The notes: generated by a model not told the origin, from the letters alone. A DNA stretch of 64,000 nucleotides from Paucimonas sp. (GCA_036675285.1 JAKFFK010000245.1:8589-72588); one strand, 5' to 3'; positions 1 to 10,287 are shown, numbered from the stretch's first letter. Numbers and translations: made by a program.

Positions 1-431
1 TCGTTGATGCCAAAAAATTCCGGCAATTCCTTTATCTTTTGCCGAATGGCTTTTCCTATCCTACGACTATCACCATGAGCTTTTTCCGGGCAGGCTACAG
101 CGTTGCCTATGTTCCGATTCATGCCCCCAAACGAACAGGCGGCAGCAGCCATGTCAATCCATTGCGTGACGGTATACGCTTCATGTTGATCATTATAAAA
201 ATTGGTACGCTCTATTCTCCGCAAAAACTTTTCCTGCCAATTAGCGCGGCCTTTTTCCTGACAGGATTCAGTTATTATTTGTACACGTATCTGACTATCA
301 ATCGGTTTACCAATATGAGTGCATTGCTTTTTATTTCAGCAATACTGACTTTCCTTATTGGTATCGTTTCGGAACAGATCTCGGCGTTGCATTATAAAGA
401 CATCGAGGATACTGAAGAAAAAGGAAAGTAA
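1..431 (+). CDS. Glycosyltransferase family 2-like protein, C-terminal part (5' end lies outside the window)
   Basis: Frame is open from base 3 (VDAKKFRQFLYLLPNGFSYPTT...). C-terminal transmembrane helices resemble those of DPM-synthase-like GT2 proteins. Confidence 0.75.
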   Translation, partial: VDAKKFRQFLYLLPNGFSYPTTITMSFFRAGYSVAYVPIHAPKRTGGSSHVNPLRDGIRFMLIIIKIGTLYSPQKLFLPISAAFFLTGFSYYLYTYLTINRFTNMSALLFISAILTFLIGIVSEQISALHYKDIEDTEEKGK

Positions 432-432
432 T

Positions 433-1542
433 TTGAATATCCTCATGACGAGTACGTCTTATCCAGAAAATCTTCAAGATTGGCACGGGCGCTTCATCGC
501 CAATCTCGTAGACGGACTTGGGCGCAGGACTGACATAAGCCTCTCGTTGTGGGCCCCTCCTGGAGACTTACCTTCGGCGATTACAGATATCACATCCACA
601 GCGGAAAAGGCCTGGCTTCGAAGCATGTCCCAACGTGGTGGCATTGCACACCTGTTGCGCCGTCATCCACTCGAAGCGATCCCTGCAGCAATCAACTTAT
701 TGAGCGCTTTACGTCGAACTTACCGTAGCAATTTTCCTGACGTGGTGCATGTCAATTGGTTGCAAAATGCGTTACCACTTTGGGGCTCGACGACGCCTGC
801 AGTGATTAGCGTACTCGGTACAGATTTCGGCTTACTGCGTCTGCCAAGCATGAAGTCGTTACTGCGTTCGATCTTCAAACAACGCCGCGCCATTTTGACA
901 CCAAATGCTGAGTGGATGGTGCCAGAACTAGAACGCATCTTTGGCGATGTTGCCGAAATCTGTCCGGTAGTCTTTGGTGTTGACGATGCCTGGTTTGAAA
1001 TAAATCGGCAACCTGCGAAAATAATCCCGCATCATTGGCTGGCAATCACGCGCCTGACCACTAATAAAATCGGAGACTTGTTTACATGGGGGGAAGGCAA
1101 GTTCGGGAATCAACGCATCCTGCATCTGTTTGGTCCAATGCAGGAACAGATCAATATACCGCCCTGGGTTCAGTATCACGGCCCCACTCACCCAGCAGAT
1201 TTGGTAAAAAATTGGTTTCCCCAAGCAAGCGGCTTAATTACCTTGAGTCGCCATGATGAAGGCCGCCCTCAGGTAATGCTGGAAGCAATGGCGGCCAGCC
1301 TGCCCATCATTGCCTCGGATTTATCTGCCCACCGCGACATTATCCAGCACCGCCAGACCGGATGGCTGGCTACATCCAGTGAAGACTTTGGCCATGCACT
1401 TATCCACATGGAGCATACAAAACACAACCATGATGTGGGACAGCAGGCACGCGAATGGGCCAAGCAATACGTCGGCAGCTGGGACGACTGTGCAGCACGC
1501 TATGCCTCACTCTACAGAAAACTGCTGGAGCCGCAACCATGA
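433..1542 (+). CDS. Glycosyltransferase family 4 (GT-B)
   Basis: Likely TTG start giving (M)NILMTSTSYP; contains VHVNWL and the GT4-type motif EGRPQVMLEAMAASLPIIASD. Confidence 0.85.
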   Translation: MNILMTSTSYPENLQDWHGRFIANLVDGLGRRTDISLSLWAPPGDLPSAITDITSTAEKAWLRSMSQRGGIAHLLRRHPLEAIPAAINLLSALRRTYRSNFPDVVHVNWLQNALPLWGSTTPAVISVLGTDFGLLRLPSMKSLLRSIFKQRRAILTPNAEWMVPELERIFGDVAEICPVVFGVDDAWFEINRQPAKIIPHHWLAITRLTTNKIGDLFTWGEGKFGNQRILHLFGPMQEQINIPPWVQYHGPTHPADLVKNWFPQASGLITLSRHDEGRPQVMLEAMAASLPIIASDLSAHRDIIQHRQTGWLATSSEDFGHALIHMEHTKHNHDVGQQAREWAKQYVGSWDDCAARYASLYRKLLEPQP

Positions 1543-2453
1543 GTCGGAATAGCATTTTACTATTGGGTGGTGGCGGATTCATTGGCAGCGCACTACGCCG
1601 GCAGTTAGCAAAGCAGGGGCAACATATACACGTAATTGCTCGCACAATCGGCAACAGCACTGAATCCGGAATTACCACACATACAGGCGATTTGGGCGAT
1701 AAAGCCTTGCTTACTGAATTGCTGGCAGAGTGTGGTACGGTTATACATCTTGCCTCAGCTACCAAACCGGGTACATCTGGCCGACACCCGACGCTGGAAC
1801 TTGGCAATCTAGTGCCTACTCTGCAGCTTCTGGAAGTGTTGGATAGCTGGCCGGAGACGCGGTTAGTTTTCCTTTCGTCTGGAGGAACTGTGTATGGCAA
1901 TCCGCTCCAAAACCCTGTTGTCGAAACTGCTCCATCCTCACCACTTTCTTACCATGGAGCAGGGAAAGTGGCGATTGAAGCATTTTTAAACGCCTTTCGA
2001 ACGGCTGGACATGCCGTCACAATTCTCCGTCCGTCTAATGCTTATGGCCCAGAGCAAAAATTAAATCAGGGATTCGGACTAATCCGCACAGTACTGCAAC
2101 ATATCTTGCACGGGTCTACTTTAGAAATTTGGGGTGATGGCGAAAGCGTGCGTGATTTCATTTATGTAGACGATGTCGTAAACGCTATTAATGTCGTGTT
2201 GAATGCACCAACCAAGAGTGCCACTTATAACGTCGGAAGTGCAGCAGGACATTCCCTTAATGAAGTACTGACAGTTGCACAGAAAGTTTGCGGAATGCCG
2301 CTGCATATTCACTATCGACCGGCACGAAGCATGGATGTTCGCGCAGTGGTCCTCGACATATCCCATATTGAGTCCGATCTTAATTGGCGTCCGAGCGTCA
2401 CTCTGGAAGAGGGTATTCTACGGACTTGGGATTGGCTAAAAAATCATGCATGA
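1539..2453 (+). CDS. NAD-dependent epimerase/dehydratase (extended SDR)
   Basis: GGGGFIG Rossmann motif, YxxxK-like YHGAGK, RPSNAYGP, RDFIYVDD. The ATG overlaps the upstream stop (ATGA). Confidence 0.9.
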   Translation: MSRNSILLLGGGGFIGSALRRQLAKQGQHIHVIARTIGNSTESGITTHTGDLGDKALLTELLAECGTVIHLASATKPGTSGRHPTLELGNLVPTLQLLEVLDSWPETRLVFLSSGGTVYGNPLQNPVVETAPSSPLSYHGAGKVAIEAFLNAFRTAGHAVTILRPSNAYGPEQKLNQGFGLIRTVLQHILHGSTLEIWGDGESVRDFIYVDDVVNAINVVLNAPTKSATYNVGSAAGHSLNEVLTVAQKVCGMPLHIHYRPARSMDVRAVVLDISHIESDLNWRPSVTLEEGILRTWDWLKNHA

Positions 2454-3465
2454 TTCCACGCCTGTCGTTTCAGTTTGTATCGCCAACTACAATGGGATGG
2501 CAATCATCGATGCTTGCCTGGAATCGGTACTGGCTCAGGATAGCGATGTTGAAATAGAAATTATTGTTCATGATGACGCATCCACCGATGGGTCGGAGTC
2601 ATATATTCGCACACACTTTCCTAAGGTGATACTGCTAGAAAGTACGGAGAACGTCGGCTTTTGTATTGCCAACAACCGCATGGCAAAGATAGCACGAGGG
2701 GAATATCTGCTACTTCTAAACAACGATGCGGAATTATTCTCGGATGCGATACGGACGTTGTTCAAAGCAGCACAATCAGCCAAGCAGCCTGCAATTCTTG
2801 GGCTGCCGCAATTCGACGCATCCAATGGCGACCTAATCGATCGCGGCAGTCTATTCGACCCTTTTTTGAATCCCCTACCCAATCTTGAACTACAGCGTAC
2901 CGACGTCGGCATGATTATCGGTGCTTGTTTATGGATTCCGAAAAAACTCTGGGTAGAATTCGGGGGATTTCCCGAATGGTTCGGTAGTATGGCAGAGGAC
3001 ATGTACTTATGCTGTATTGCAAGGCTGCAAGGGCACCAGGTACGCGTACTTCCTGATTCGGGTTTCCGGCATTGGGTCGGCACGAGCTTTGGCGGCGGCA
3101 AAGTACATGGCAATCGCTTGATCACCAGTACCAAGCGGCGCGGCTTAAGCGAGCGCAACAAGACATTCGTGATGGTCCTTGCTTATCCCCCAGTGCTTTT
3201 TCATTTAATCCTGCCATTGCATCTTGCCTTGCTTGCATTAGAAGGTGTCATGCTTACACTGATCAAATGCGACTCGAAAGTGTTGAAAGAAATTTACCTG
3301 AACTGTTTCAGTCAACTCTGGCAGGAACGTTCCCGCCTTTCCCAATTGCGCCGACAGGTACAGACAAGTCGGAACATTAATATCACAAATTTTTTGAAGG
3401 TTTTTACACTAATTCCTCACAAATTAAGAATGCTTATCCGGCATGGCTTGCCAAAAATTTACTGA
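2446..3465 (+). CDS. Glycosyltransferase family 2
   Basis: VSVCIANYN, VHDDASTD, NVGFCIANN, LLLNND and EDMYLC motifs. Confidence 0.9.
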   Translation: MHDSTPVVSVCIANYNGMAIIDACLESVLAQDSDVEIEIIVHDDASTDGSESYIRTHFPKVILLESTENVGFCIANNRMAKIARGEYLLLLNNDAELFSDAIRTLFKAAQSAKQPAILGLPQFDASNGDLIDRGSLFDPFLNPLPNLELQRTDVGMIIGACLWIPKKLWVEFGGFPEWFGSMAEDMYLCCIARLQGHQVRVLPDSGFRHWVGTSFGGGKVHGNRLITSTKRRGLSERNKTFVMVLAYPPVLFHLILPLHLALLALEGVMLTLIKCDSKVLKEIYLNCFSQLWQERSRLSQLRRQVQTSRNINITNFLKVFTLIPHKLRMLIRHGLPKIY

Positions 3466-3519
3466 ATTACGGCTGGCCTGTACACAAGTCTATTCAGGGC
3501 GATATGGACGATCCAAAAA

Positions 3520-4509
3520 TCACTTGATTTTTAATGAGCTGTGAGAACGGATAAGTAAATCTTTAACCGCAACTTGCCATCCAAAAGAATATTGGAAATA
3601 CCCAAAATTTAACAATTCTAACAAGATGAATGGTAATCGTAGCGGACGCCAATCAGGAAGTGTAGCTCGAAAGCGCAAATGATCAAGTTTACAATCGAAT
3701 TGGCGTAAAGCCTTCGGTGATATAAATTCGGGAAACTTTGAAAGTCTCTCTTTTGCAGAAAAATATCGTGCAATTTCATCACCATAGTAACTTGACCTAT
3801 TGAGGTCAAGCGCTTCTTGAATCCGTGTTAGCAAATCAAATTTTTTAGCACCAATCTGATTTTGTGAATGTTGACGGTAAAGAATTTGCGGTTCTTCGAG
3901 CACTCCCAATCGAGCACAGCCAGAAATCAACAATGCGATCCAAGCATCGTGTATCCAGTTGGATGGAATAGGTAAAAGCAAATCACGAAAACTACTCCTA
4001 AAAGCTAATGTAGCTCCTGTCACAACCACATGTTTGAGCAAAACATTCAATTCTTCACCGTGCATCATTTTTTCTTGGCTACGTCTGGAAAAACCCACAT
4101 GCTCCCACATCGTATAACCCCAAGGCTTCAAATCTTCATCAACTAATTTTGCATCAGAAAAAACAGCTCCGACACTCAAGCTCACCTCAAAACTACGTTC
4201 CAACATGCTCAATTTTGATGGCAGCCATATATCATCCTGATCAGAAAGGACAATTACATCTCCATCGCACATCCTGATAGCTTGTTCAAAATTGGCGGTC
4301 GATCCAAGGTTATTTGGATTAGCTTGAAGGCGAACTGGGAAAGTTACTTTTTGAGCAAACTCAGTTATGATTTCAACAGTGTTATCGGTAGAAGCATCAT
4401 CACAAATCACCAATTCATCAGGCAGCCTGCTTTGAGAGGCGATACTATCAAGCTGTGATCGGAGATAGCGCGATCCGTTGTATGTACATAGTGCCACCGA
4501 GAATTTCAT
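3520..4509 (-). CDS. Glycosyltransferase family 2 (rhamnosyltransferase-like)
   Basis: SVALCTYNG, ICDDASTD, LSDQDDIW, WIHDAW and YRQHSQNQIG motifs. Confidence 0.9.
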   Translation of the reverse strand: MKFSVALCTYNGSRYLRSQLDSIASQSRLPDELVICDDASTDNTVEIITEFAQKVTFPVRLQANPNNLGSTANFEQAIRMCDGDVIVLSDQDDIWLPSKLSMLERSFEVSLSVGAVFSDAKLVDEDLKPWGYTMWEHVGFSRRSQEKMMHGEELNVLLKHVVVTGATLAFRSSFRDLLLPIPSNWIHDAWIALLISGCARLGVLEEPQILYRQHSQNQIGAKKFDLLTRIQEALDLNRSSYYGDEIARYFSAKERLSKFPEFISPKALRQFDCKLDHLRFRATLPDWRPLRLPFILLELLNFGYFQYSFGWQVAVKDLLIRSHSSLKIK

Positions 4510-4603
4510 TCTACATATTCCATTGATTTTATAGCTTAAAAGTCAGCTGTAAAAACAGATGAGAAAATTATTTATATAATTATATTAAGCAATATGTCAT
4601 TCA

Positions 4604-5458
4604 TCACTGAGTCTGATCTGCCTTCTCACGCGATGCAAAAATCAAGACACGAGGGCCATTTCTTTCCTGACGCTTTTGAACAACTTCAATTTGAGTGAAG
4701 CCGCCCTCCTTAAGCAAACTAAAAATATCATTCAGCCGCAGCCATTTAGAATGATCGTACATTCCAGAAAACACTTCATCCCGTCCATATTCCTTGTACG
4801 GCTTATAATCATAGACCCTTCCATTTACCGTATAGCTGTGTGTCGCATCTGAATCTTCAGAGTAATGTGTATCCAGCATTATGCCTTCTCGAACATATTG
4901 AACAATATCCAGCAAATGCCGAACCGGATCTTTTAGGTGGTATAAAACTCCGACATGATGTGCTAGATCAGCCTGCAGTAAACTTACATCTGCCAGCGCA
5001 TCTTCTAAATTAAATAAAAATACGGCAGGAGACTTTCCAAGCATTGCGCACCGAACAATTGTCTTCACAACATTCTCTATGCGAGCATCAATAGCTTTCA
5101 CATTGTTGCAATATTGCATAAGGCCTGCTGTGTGTATTCCTTCAAAACATCCAATCTCCAGCACGCTTTTGTTCGAAAGGTTGAATCGCTCATGCATCTG
5201 AACTATTCGCAGATCAGGAATTGTCTGAGGTGTATTTCTTTTACCATCCCAAGCGCAATTTCCGAATCGGCGGCCATTACCGTCAACCGTAAATGCCTTC
5301 CATGGCAACATTTTATTGAGGCGCTCTAGATCTTTGTCATCTAATAAATTTAGAAATGGTGCGTGGATTCCGACATGGGGATAGCCTGATAATGGAAAAT
5401 CTGATGTAAAAAATCTATTCGTCAGATACGATTTCAATTTCATTAGCTTTAACAGCAT
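4604..5458 (-). CDS. Class I SAM-dependent methyltransferase (start uncertain: 5443, 5458 or 5545)
   Basis: Motif I VLEIGCFEG, followed by AIDAR and HVGVLYHL. Confidence 0.8.
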   Translation of the reverse strand: MLLKLMKLKSYLTNRFFTSDFPLSGYPHVGIHAPFLNLLDDKDLERLNKMLPWKAFTVDGNGRRFGNCAWDGKRNTPQTIPDLRIVQMHERFNLSNKSVLEIGCFEGIHTAGLMQYCNNVKAIDARIENVVKTIVRCAMLGKSPAVFLFNLEDALADVSLLQADLAHHVGVLYHLKDPVRHLLDIVQYVREGIMLDTHYSEDSDATHSYTVNGRVYDYKPYKEYGRDEVFSGMYDHSKWLRLNDIFSLLKEGGFTQIEVVQKRQERNGPRVLIFASREKADQTQ

Positions 5459-5622
5459 AAGGATTTTTCTATTAATTATGTAATTTGGACTAAAGCTTAA
5501 CCAACATGTTATGAATATGAAGTCGTCAATAAAAATATAAGGCATATTATGCCGAAGAGGGTTAATTACTCGATCACTCTTTTGAAGAGTAGTGGAACAA
5601 ATAGGGGAAATTCATTATGAAA

Positions 5623-7164
5623 TTAAGCGATATATCTTCGTTTGATACGACGAAGATATATGGAGAAAGCTGATTTTTGAAAAAAATGCCTTGCAGCCGC
5701 ATTTAGGTACGCTTTACCATAAATCCATGGCGTACGACTGTGACGTTTAATTTTATGATACGGAGGCGAAAAACCTTTGTCGAGATCAAGTATATGTCGC
5801 GGCAGTAAAAAGGCGTCCTCAAGCTTATTCTCTAACTGATAGGCAAGAGAAGGGCGAATCCATCCTCTTTGTATATGTTCAAAAACATATTCTGATTCAA
5901 TAAATCCATCTTGTATTGCCGCCAAAAGATCGCGTACCCATACATAACCTAGCGGATGCCCAGCATATATCCAAGGCTGTGTATTCATATCTGTATAGTG
6001 CACTAGCTTTGTTTTTCCGGGAATATACTGCTCCAGGGAATTCCATTCAAATGGAATATCAGCTTGCTGTGTTGGGGCGATGACCATATTATTCATAAGC
6101 CCTTCATAAGTAAATTCCGATGCGTTCAATGAATTTACAATGTCAGCAATTTCCCAATCTAGTTTTGCACAATCCATGAGCATGACACTGTATTGTGGAT
6201 TTCGTCCACTTTGCTGATCGGATGCAACTGAAAGCAACTGATTATTATGCATTTCACATTTCCAAAGCTCGCGAATATCCGAGAACACTTGCATATCCGA
6301 GTCTAAATAGATAGCACGACCAGAATAACCAGCAACTTGGGGAATGATAAACCGCTGAAAAGAAAATGGCGTGCGCGGCCAATTGATAGAATCTTGTGGC
6401 ATAGGAATCACTACATCTGATGTATGTAGAGGAGTGAATTCAACAGTCATGCTTGCATGTTTACGAATCGAATACTCCAGTACTTTTACAGAAAGCATCT
6501 GCTCTTCCGTTGTCGCGACATAAATTCGTACTGGCGACTCGATATCTAAAGGAGATGCATTAATTTGATATGTCATAATTGATCTCGCTATGCCTAGGAA
6601 CTGCTTATCAAATGATGACTGGCGATTAGAAAGCAAAGTTGGCAATGATTTGAAATTAGATGCGTAAGTCGCACCACCATCAATTCCCAACGAACGAATG
6701 TTTTTTACGCCTACCATACCAAGCAGCGCATAAGGCGCCTCAGCGCTAAAATGATGAATAAAAATTGATGGCGAAACTCCATTTATTTTACTGCCTACTT
6801 TGTTATACCAAAGTAATCTGCCTTTCTCTGCAAAAAATGCCAAAACTGGCTTGAGTAAAACTAGTTCTGCCAAACAGAGTTTTCCAGGTCTATGCCGAAC
6901 GTGGGGAAACCAAGGCATTAATAAATAATTCGCATTCGTGGCTAATGCCTTTTCACAATGCTCAATAACATCTAGATCAATTGCATGAGCTATTTCAACT
7001 TTTTTTTCTAAAACAACATGATTTAAACCGAATATATTAAATTGAGTTGTATCGAATTCTTTTACCTTAGCAAAAGATGGCCCCTTCCCAAGAACAAGCC
7101 AAGGGCGTTCTCGCCATGCCTCATTTTGCGATGCATACCATGTAAAAAAATCCTGCAAAATCAT
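5623..7164 (-). CDS. Two-domain glycosyltransferase: N-terminal GT42/DUF115(Maf)-like Rossmann domain plus C-terminal GT8-like GT-A domain
   Basis: N-terminal LVLGKGPS...GVKNIRSLGID; C-terminal FSFQRF and the DxD motif YLDSD. Confidence 0.65.
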   Translation of the reverse strand: MILQDFFTWYASQNEAWRERPWLVLGKGPSFAKVKEFDTTQFNIFGLNHVVLEKKVEIAHAIDLDVIEHCEKALATNANYLLMPWFPHVRHRPGKLCLAELVLLKPVLAFFAEKGRLLWYNKVGSKINGVSPSIFIHHFSAEAPYALLGMVGVKNIRSLGIDGGATYASNFKSLPTLLSNRQSSFDKQFLGIARSIMTYQINASPLDIESPVRIYVATTEEQMLSVKVLEYSIRKHASMTVEFTPLHTSDVVIPMPQDSINWPRTPFSFQRFIIPQVAGYSGRAIYLDSDMQVFSDIRELWKCEMHNNQLLSVASDQQSGRNPQYSVMLMDCAKLDWEIADIVNSLNASEFTYEGLMNNMVIAPTQQADIPFEWNSLEQYIPGKTKLVHYTDMNTQPWIYAGHPLGYVWVRDLLAAIQDGFIESEYVFEHIQRGWIRPSLAYQLENKLEDAFLLPRHILDLDKGFSPPYHKIKRHSRTPWIYGKAYLNAAARHFFQKSAFSIYLRRIKRRYIA

Positions 7165-8135
7165 TTGTTAACTTTTTTACGCAAAAACGAAGCTAATTTC
7201 CTGATATCTCTTAAGCAGCGTGACATTATCCAAGTACGAGCCAGCCATTGTTTAAACAAATAGAATTTAATTGCTCTATTGGCTTTTCGTACATTTTCCC
7301 ATGCGTTCATTTCATATTGAGCCTTAGTGTGGCCTATACTTGAGCTGCTATCTTTCTTTTCTGCTAAACAAAAAACTGAAGCAGGATGATGTGGTGGAGC
7401 ATGAGATTTTGTTGTCTGAATCGAGAATCCAGCCTTTTCGACTGCTGCGACAAGGGTGCGCTGTGAAAAATGAAACAAGTGCCCAATGTGTAGGTTTTCA
7501 GCATGCCCATAATGCGCTATGTCAGGTACATCAATGTAAATTCTTCCGCCAATAACCGTCAGTTCCTTTAAGGATTTTATAAAAGTTACTGGGTTATTAA
7601 CATGCTCTAATACGTGATTCACGAGCACTAAATCGAATTTATCCTCACGGCTTAGAATTAATGCATTTAAGTTCGAGTAAGTTGTACAACCTGTTTCCTT
7701 TCTCGCATAAGCGGCGAAACTTTCAGAAGGCTCTACACCAACCAACACAAGCTCCTTACAGTGCGATTTCAAATTGGATAATAACGTACCTTCTGCGCAT
7801 CCAATGTCGAGCACCCGCATGCCCTTGAAAAAATTAATACGGCTGGCAATCAGCTTAGCTGTGTAAGAAAGTCGTTCAACCTTATGATATCGAGCCACGT
7901 ATTTGGCATCTGGCGTTACAGCTGCCTGATAAACTTGGCGATAGGCGTAACTATAAAATGCATCCATTTCTTCCGGCGTAGGTCGCGGCCAAGTTTGCAC
8001 CAATCCACATTGTAAGCAGCCAGCAGTTTGGACGCCCATACCATAGCGGTCATTAGTAGCAAGTTTTTGAAATACCTTTCCCTCACACAAAGGGCAAGGG
8101 GGCGATTCTTTAGCTAGGTTGCGATAACCAATCAT
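7161..8135 (-). CDS. Class I SAM-dependent methyltransferase with N-terminal Zn-binding CxxC pairs
   Basis: CPLC...CLQCGL; VLDIGCAEG; GVEPS; NHVLEHV. Confidence 0.85.
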   Translation of the reverse strand: MIGYRNLAKESPPCPLCEGKVFQKLATNDRYGMGVQTAGCLQCGLVQTWPRPTPEEMDAFYSYAYRQVYQAAVTPDAKYVARYHKVERLSYTAKLIASRINFFKGMRVLDIGCAEGTLLSNLKSHCKELVLVGVEPSESFAAYARKETGCTTYSNLNALILSREDKFDLVLVNHVLEHVNNPVTFIKSLKELTVIGGRIYIDVPDIAHYGHAENLHIGHLFHFSQRTLVAAVEKAGFSIQTTKSHAPPHHPASVFCLAEKKDSSSSIGHTKAQYEMNAWENVRKANRAIKFYLFKQWLARTWIMSRCLRDIRKLASFLRKKVNK

Positions 8136-8140
8136 ATATT

Positions 8141-9424
8141 TTAATTTCCAATCGACTGATTAGTGCTTCTATGTAAAGTACGAACCGCAACCTTATGAAG
8201 AAAAAACCAGTTCAGACATTGATAAAGAAAAATTCCTCCAACTATAGCGTAAGCGCCAATATACAAAAACCCGAAAACCTTAAATATGGAACTAAGTATA
8301 AAACTTACCATAGCGAGGCGATTAATTGATGAGATATCACCAATTGCATACATAAGCCCAGAAGACAATTGCCCTGCTGCCGCCGGAATAATTGTCCATA
8401 TTATTAAGAGAATTAAATCTGTTCGACCAAACACATTTAGGTCAATCACGTCGAATATTTTCCCTCCGCGAAGAACAAAAAATGTAATTGGTATGGTGAT
8501 ACAAAAAATACAGCCTACAACAAGTGAAAGAGTACGCAGCTGCTTGTAATACATAACTAGAAGTTCACTTCCATTACTTGAAGCAAGGCACTTCCCAGCA
8601 TTTACCAATAGTGGCCTTGCCAAAACGCGCTCACTCACACTTAGAGAAGCCGTTGCTAATTGCTGTCCAATGCCTAGGGAAGTTAAAACACCCGGCTGAC
8701 AAAAACTACCAAGTACACGATCAATAATCGAGCCCGTTTTATAGATGGATGAAATAGATATGACTTGGCTTGTTTTTTTCCAAAGTTTTATTGTCAAGTC
8801 ATTTACTGTGGTTCGACGCGCGGTTATGAAATGATAATTAATAACGAGCAGCGAAACCACTGATCGGGCGAAAAGTAGCCAAGCGAAACCTATTATTCCG
8901 AAATTATTTATAATAGGCGAGACCAAACCTAATGCTACCAAAGTTGTAAGCATCTGAACTACTTCAACGAATACAAATTTTTTGTTTGCGCAGTGTCCTG
9001 CCACACCAATTGCAAGTAAAACCTGAGCCACAGCACTTGCGCAGAATATCTGCGCAAGATTTGTAGATAATTGGTCATTTATCGCTAGGCCAGTAAAAAT
9101 TACTGGCATCCACCATTGCGCAGAAAAAGCCAAAGCCCCGAACAATATTAGCAAAGGTAATGTGATTTGAAATAGCGTTGCTTGCACAAATGCTTGCCCA
9201 CGAACGCCATCAAGACCTGCGACTGCAGGCATAAGGTTATTTACTAATGCGCCACTAAGAAGTGCGCTAATAAACATAGGAATGCTTTGCGATGCAAAAT
9301 AAGCATCCGTTGCCAAACCTGATCCTATCAAGACAACGCAAGAAAAATGAAGCATCAGCCCGAGTGCCACGCTCGTCACTGATAGCCACATTAACGAAAT
9401 AGCAGAGTTGTCTTTTACTGGCAT
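8141..9424 (-). CDS. MOP-superfamily (MurJ/MviN-like) glycan flippase
   Basis: Many transmembrane segments. GSGLATDAYFASQSIP resembles the MurJ motif GAGxxxDAFFVAFxIP. Confidence 0.7.
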   Translation of the reverse strand: MPVKDNSAISLMWLSVTSVALGLMLHFSCVVLIGSGLATDAYFASQSIPMFISALLSGALVNNLMPAVAGLDGVRGQAFVQATLFQITLPLLILFGALAFSAQWWMPVIFTGLAINDQLSTNLAQIFCASAVAQVLLAIGVAGHCANKKFVFVEVVQMLTTLVALGLVSPIINNFGIIGFAWLLFARSVVSLLVINYHFITARRTTVNDLTIKLWKKTSQVISISSIYKTGSIIDRVLGSFCQPGVLTSLGIGQQLATASLSVSERVLARPLLVNAGKCLASSNGSELLVMYYKQLRTLSLVVGCIFCITIPITFFVLRGGKIFDVIDLNVFGRTDLILLIIWTIIPAAAGQLSSGLMYAIGDISSINRLAMVSFILSSIFKVFGFLYIGAYAIVGGIFLYQCLNWFFLHKVAVRTLHRSTNQSIGN

Positions 9425-9601
9425 ATTCTTAACTCTTAAAATAACATAGAAGATATGCCGTTCGAATAGCCAGAACTTCTATCAAAATGGTGACATAGTT
9501 AGATGATAAAGCAAGCGAAATGAATGAAATTATTAAATCGATTGCCTCCCTATTCTAACGAGTCAATATTCTGCAGATCTACTCCCAAGGCTATCCGTCA
9601 T

Positions 9602-10267
9602 CTAGCCAAACACGATTCGAGTCCCTGACATTTCAATAACATCACCGTACGTCAAAAAATAAATACTTTCACCTATGGAGTCGCCATTTACCAACGGATA
9701 AATCGTGCCTTCAACATGCGTGAGGTGATAACCCTGAGTAGTGTTGCTAACGACAGCAACCTGCACACCAGGCCGTCCAATTGTGGTCAAGGCTCTTGTC
9801 AATGCAATTACTTTTCCGGAGCTGGCACCATTGAGCACCTTGATGACAGCAGCGCCGTGGGCAACTGTATTGACACTCAATCCCGAGTCAGGATTACGTC
9901 GGCCAGGGTCTTGATCGACTGATTGCTTATGCGCTGATATCGATGGCAGCGCACTTCTTGCGACGTCCACTGTCTGCGTTTCGTTGACAACGTATCTTAT
10001 TTTATATTTTGTCAGTTCGATCACATCATCATGTTGCAAAAAATGCTTCCTGACCGGCTGACCATTGACCTTGGTACCATTGGTGCTTCCTAGGTCTTCC
10101 AGAAACACGTCGTTTGACGTCATGACAATCACTGCATGCTTGATGCTGACGGCAATATGGTCGATGACCACATCATTTTGCGTGCACCGGCCGATGGTAA
10201 TGCGATTTTTCACCAGCGGAATTTCCCGCTGTGGCGCGCCATCGGTGCTGATGATGATCCTTGCCAT
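9602..10267 (-). CDS. FHA-domain protein (two FHA-like domains)
   Basis: ITIGR...VSIKHA...DLGSTNGTKVNG is a canonical FHA; a second TTIGR segment marks a degenerate FHA. Confidence 0.88.
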   Translation of the reverse strand: MARIIISTDGAPQREIPLVKNRITIGRCTQNDVVIDHIAVSIKHAVIVMTSNDVFLEDLGSTNGTKVNGQPVRKHFLQHDDVIELTKYKIRYVVNETQTVDVARSALPSISAHKQSVDQDPGRRNPDSGLSVNTVAHGAAVIKVLNGASSGKVIALTRALTTIGRPGVQVAVVSNTTQGYHLTHVEGTIYPLVNGDSIGESIYFLTYGDVIEMSGTRIVFG

Positions 10268-10287
10268 GCCGGCCCCCGCCCAATGTT

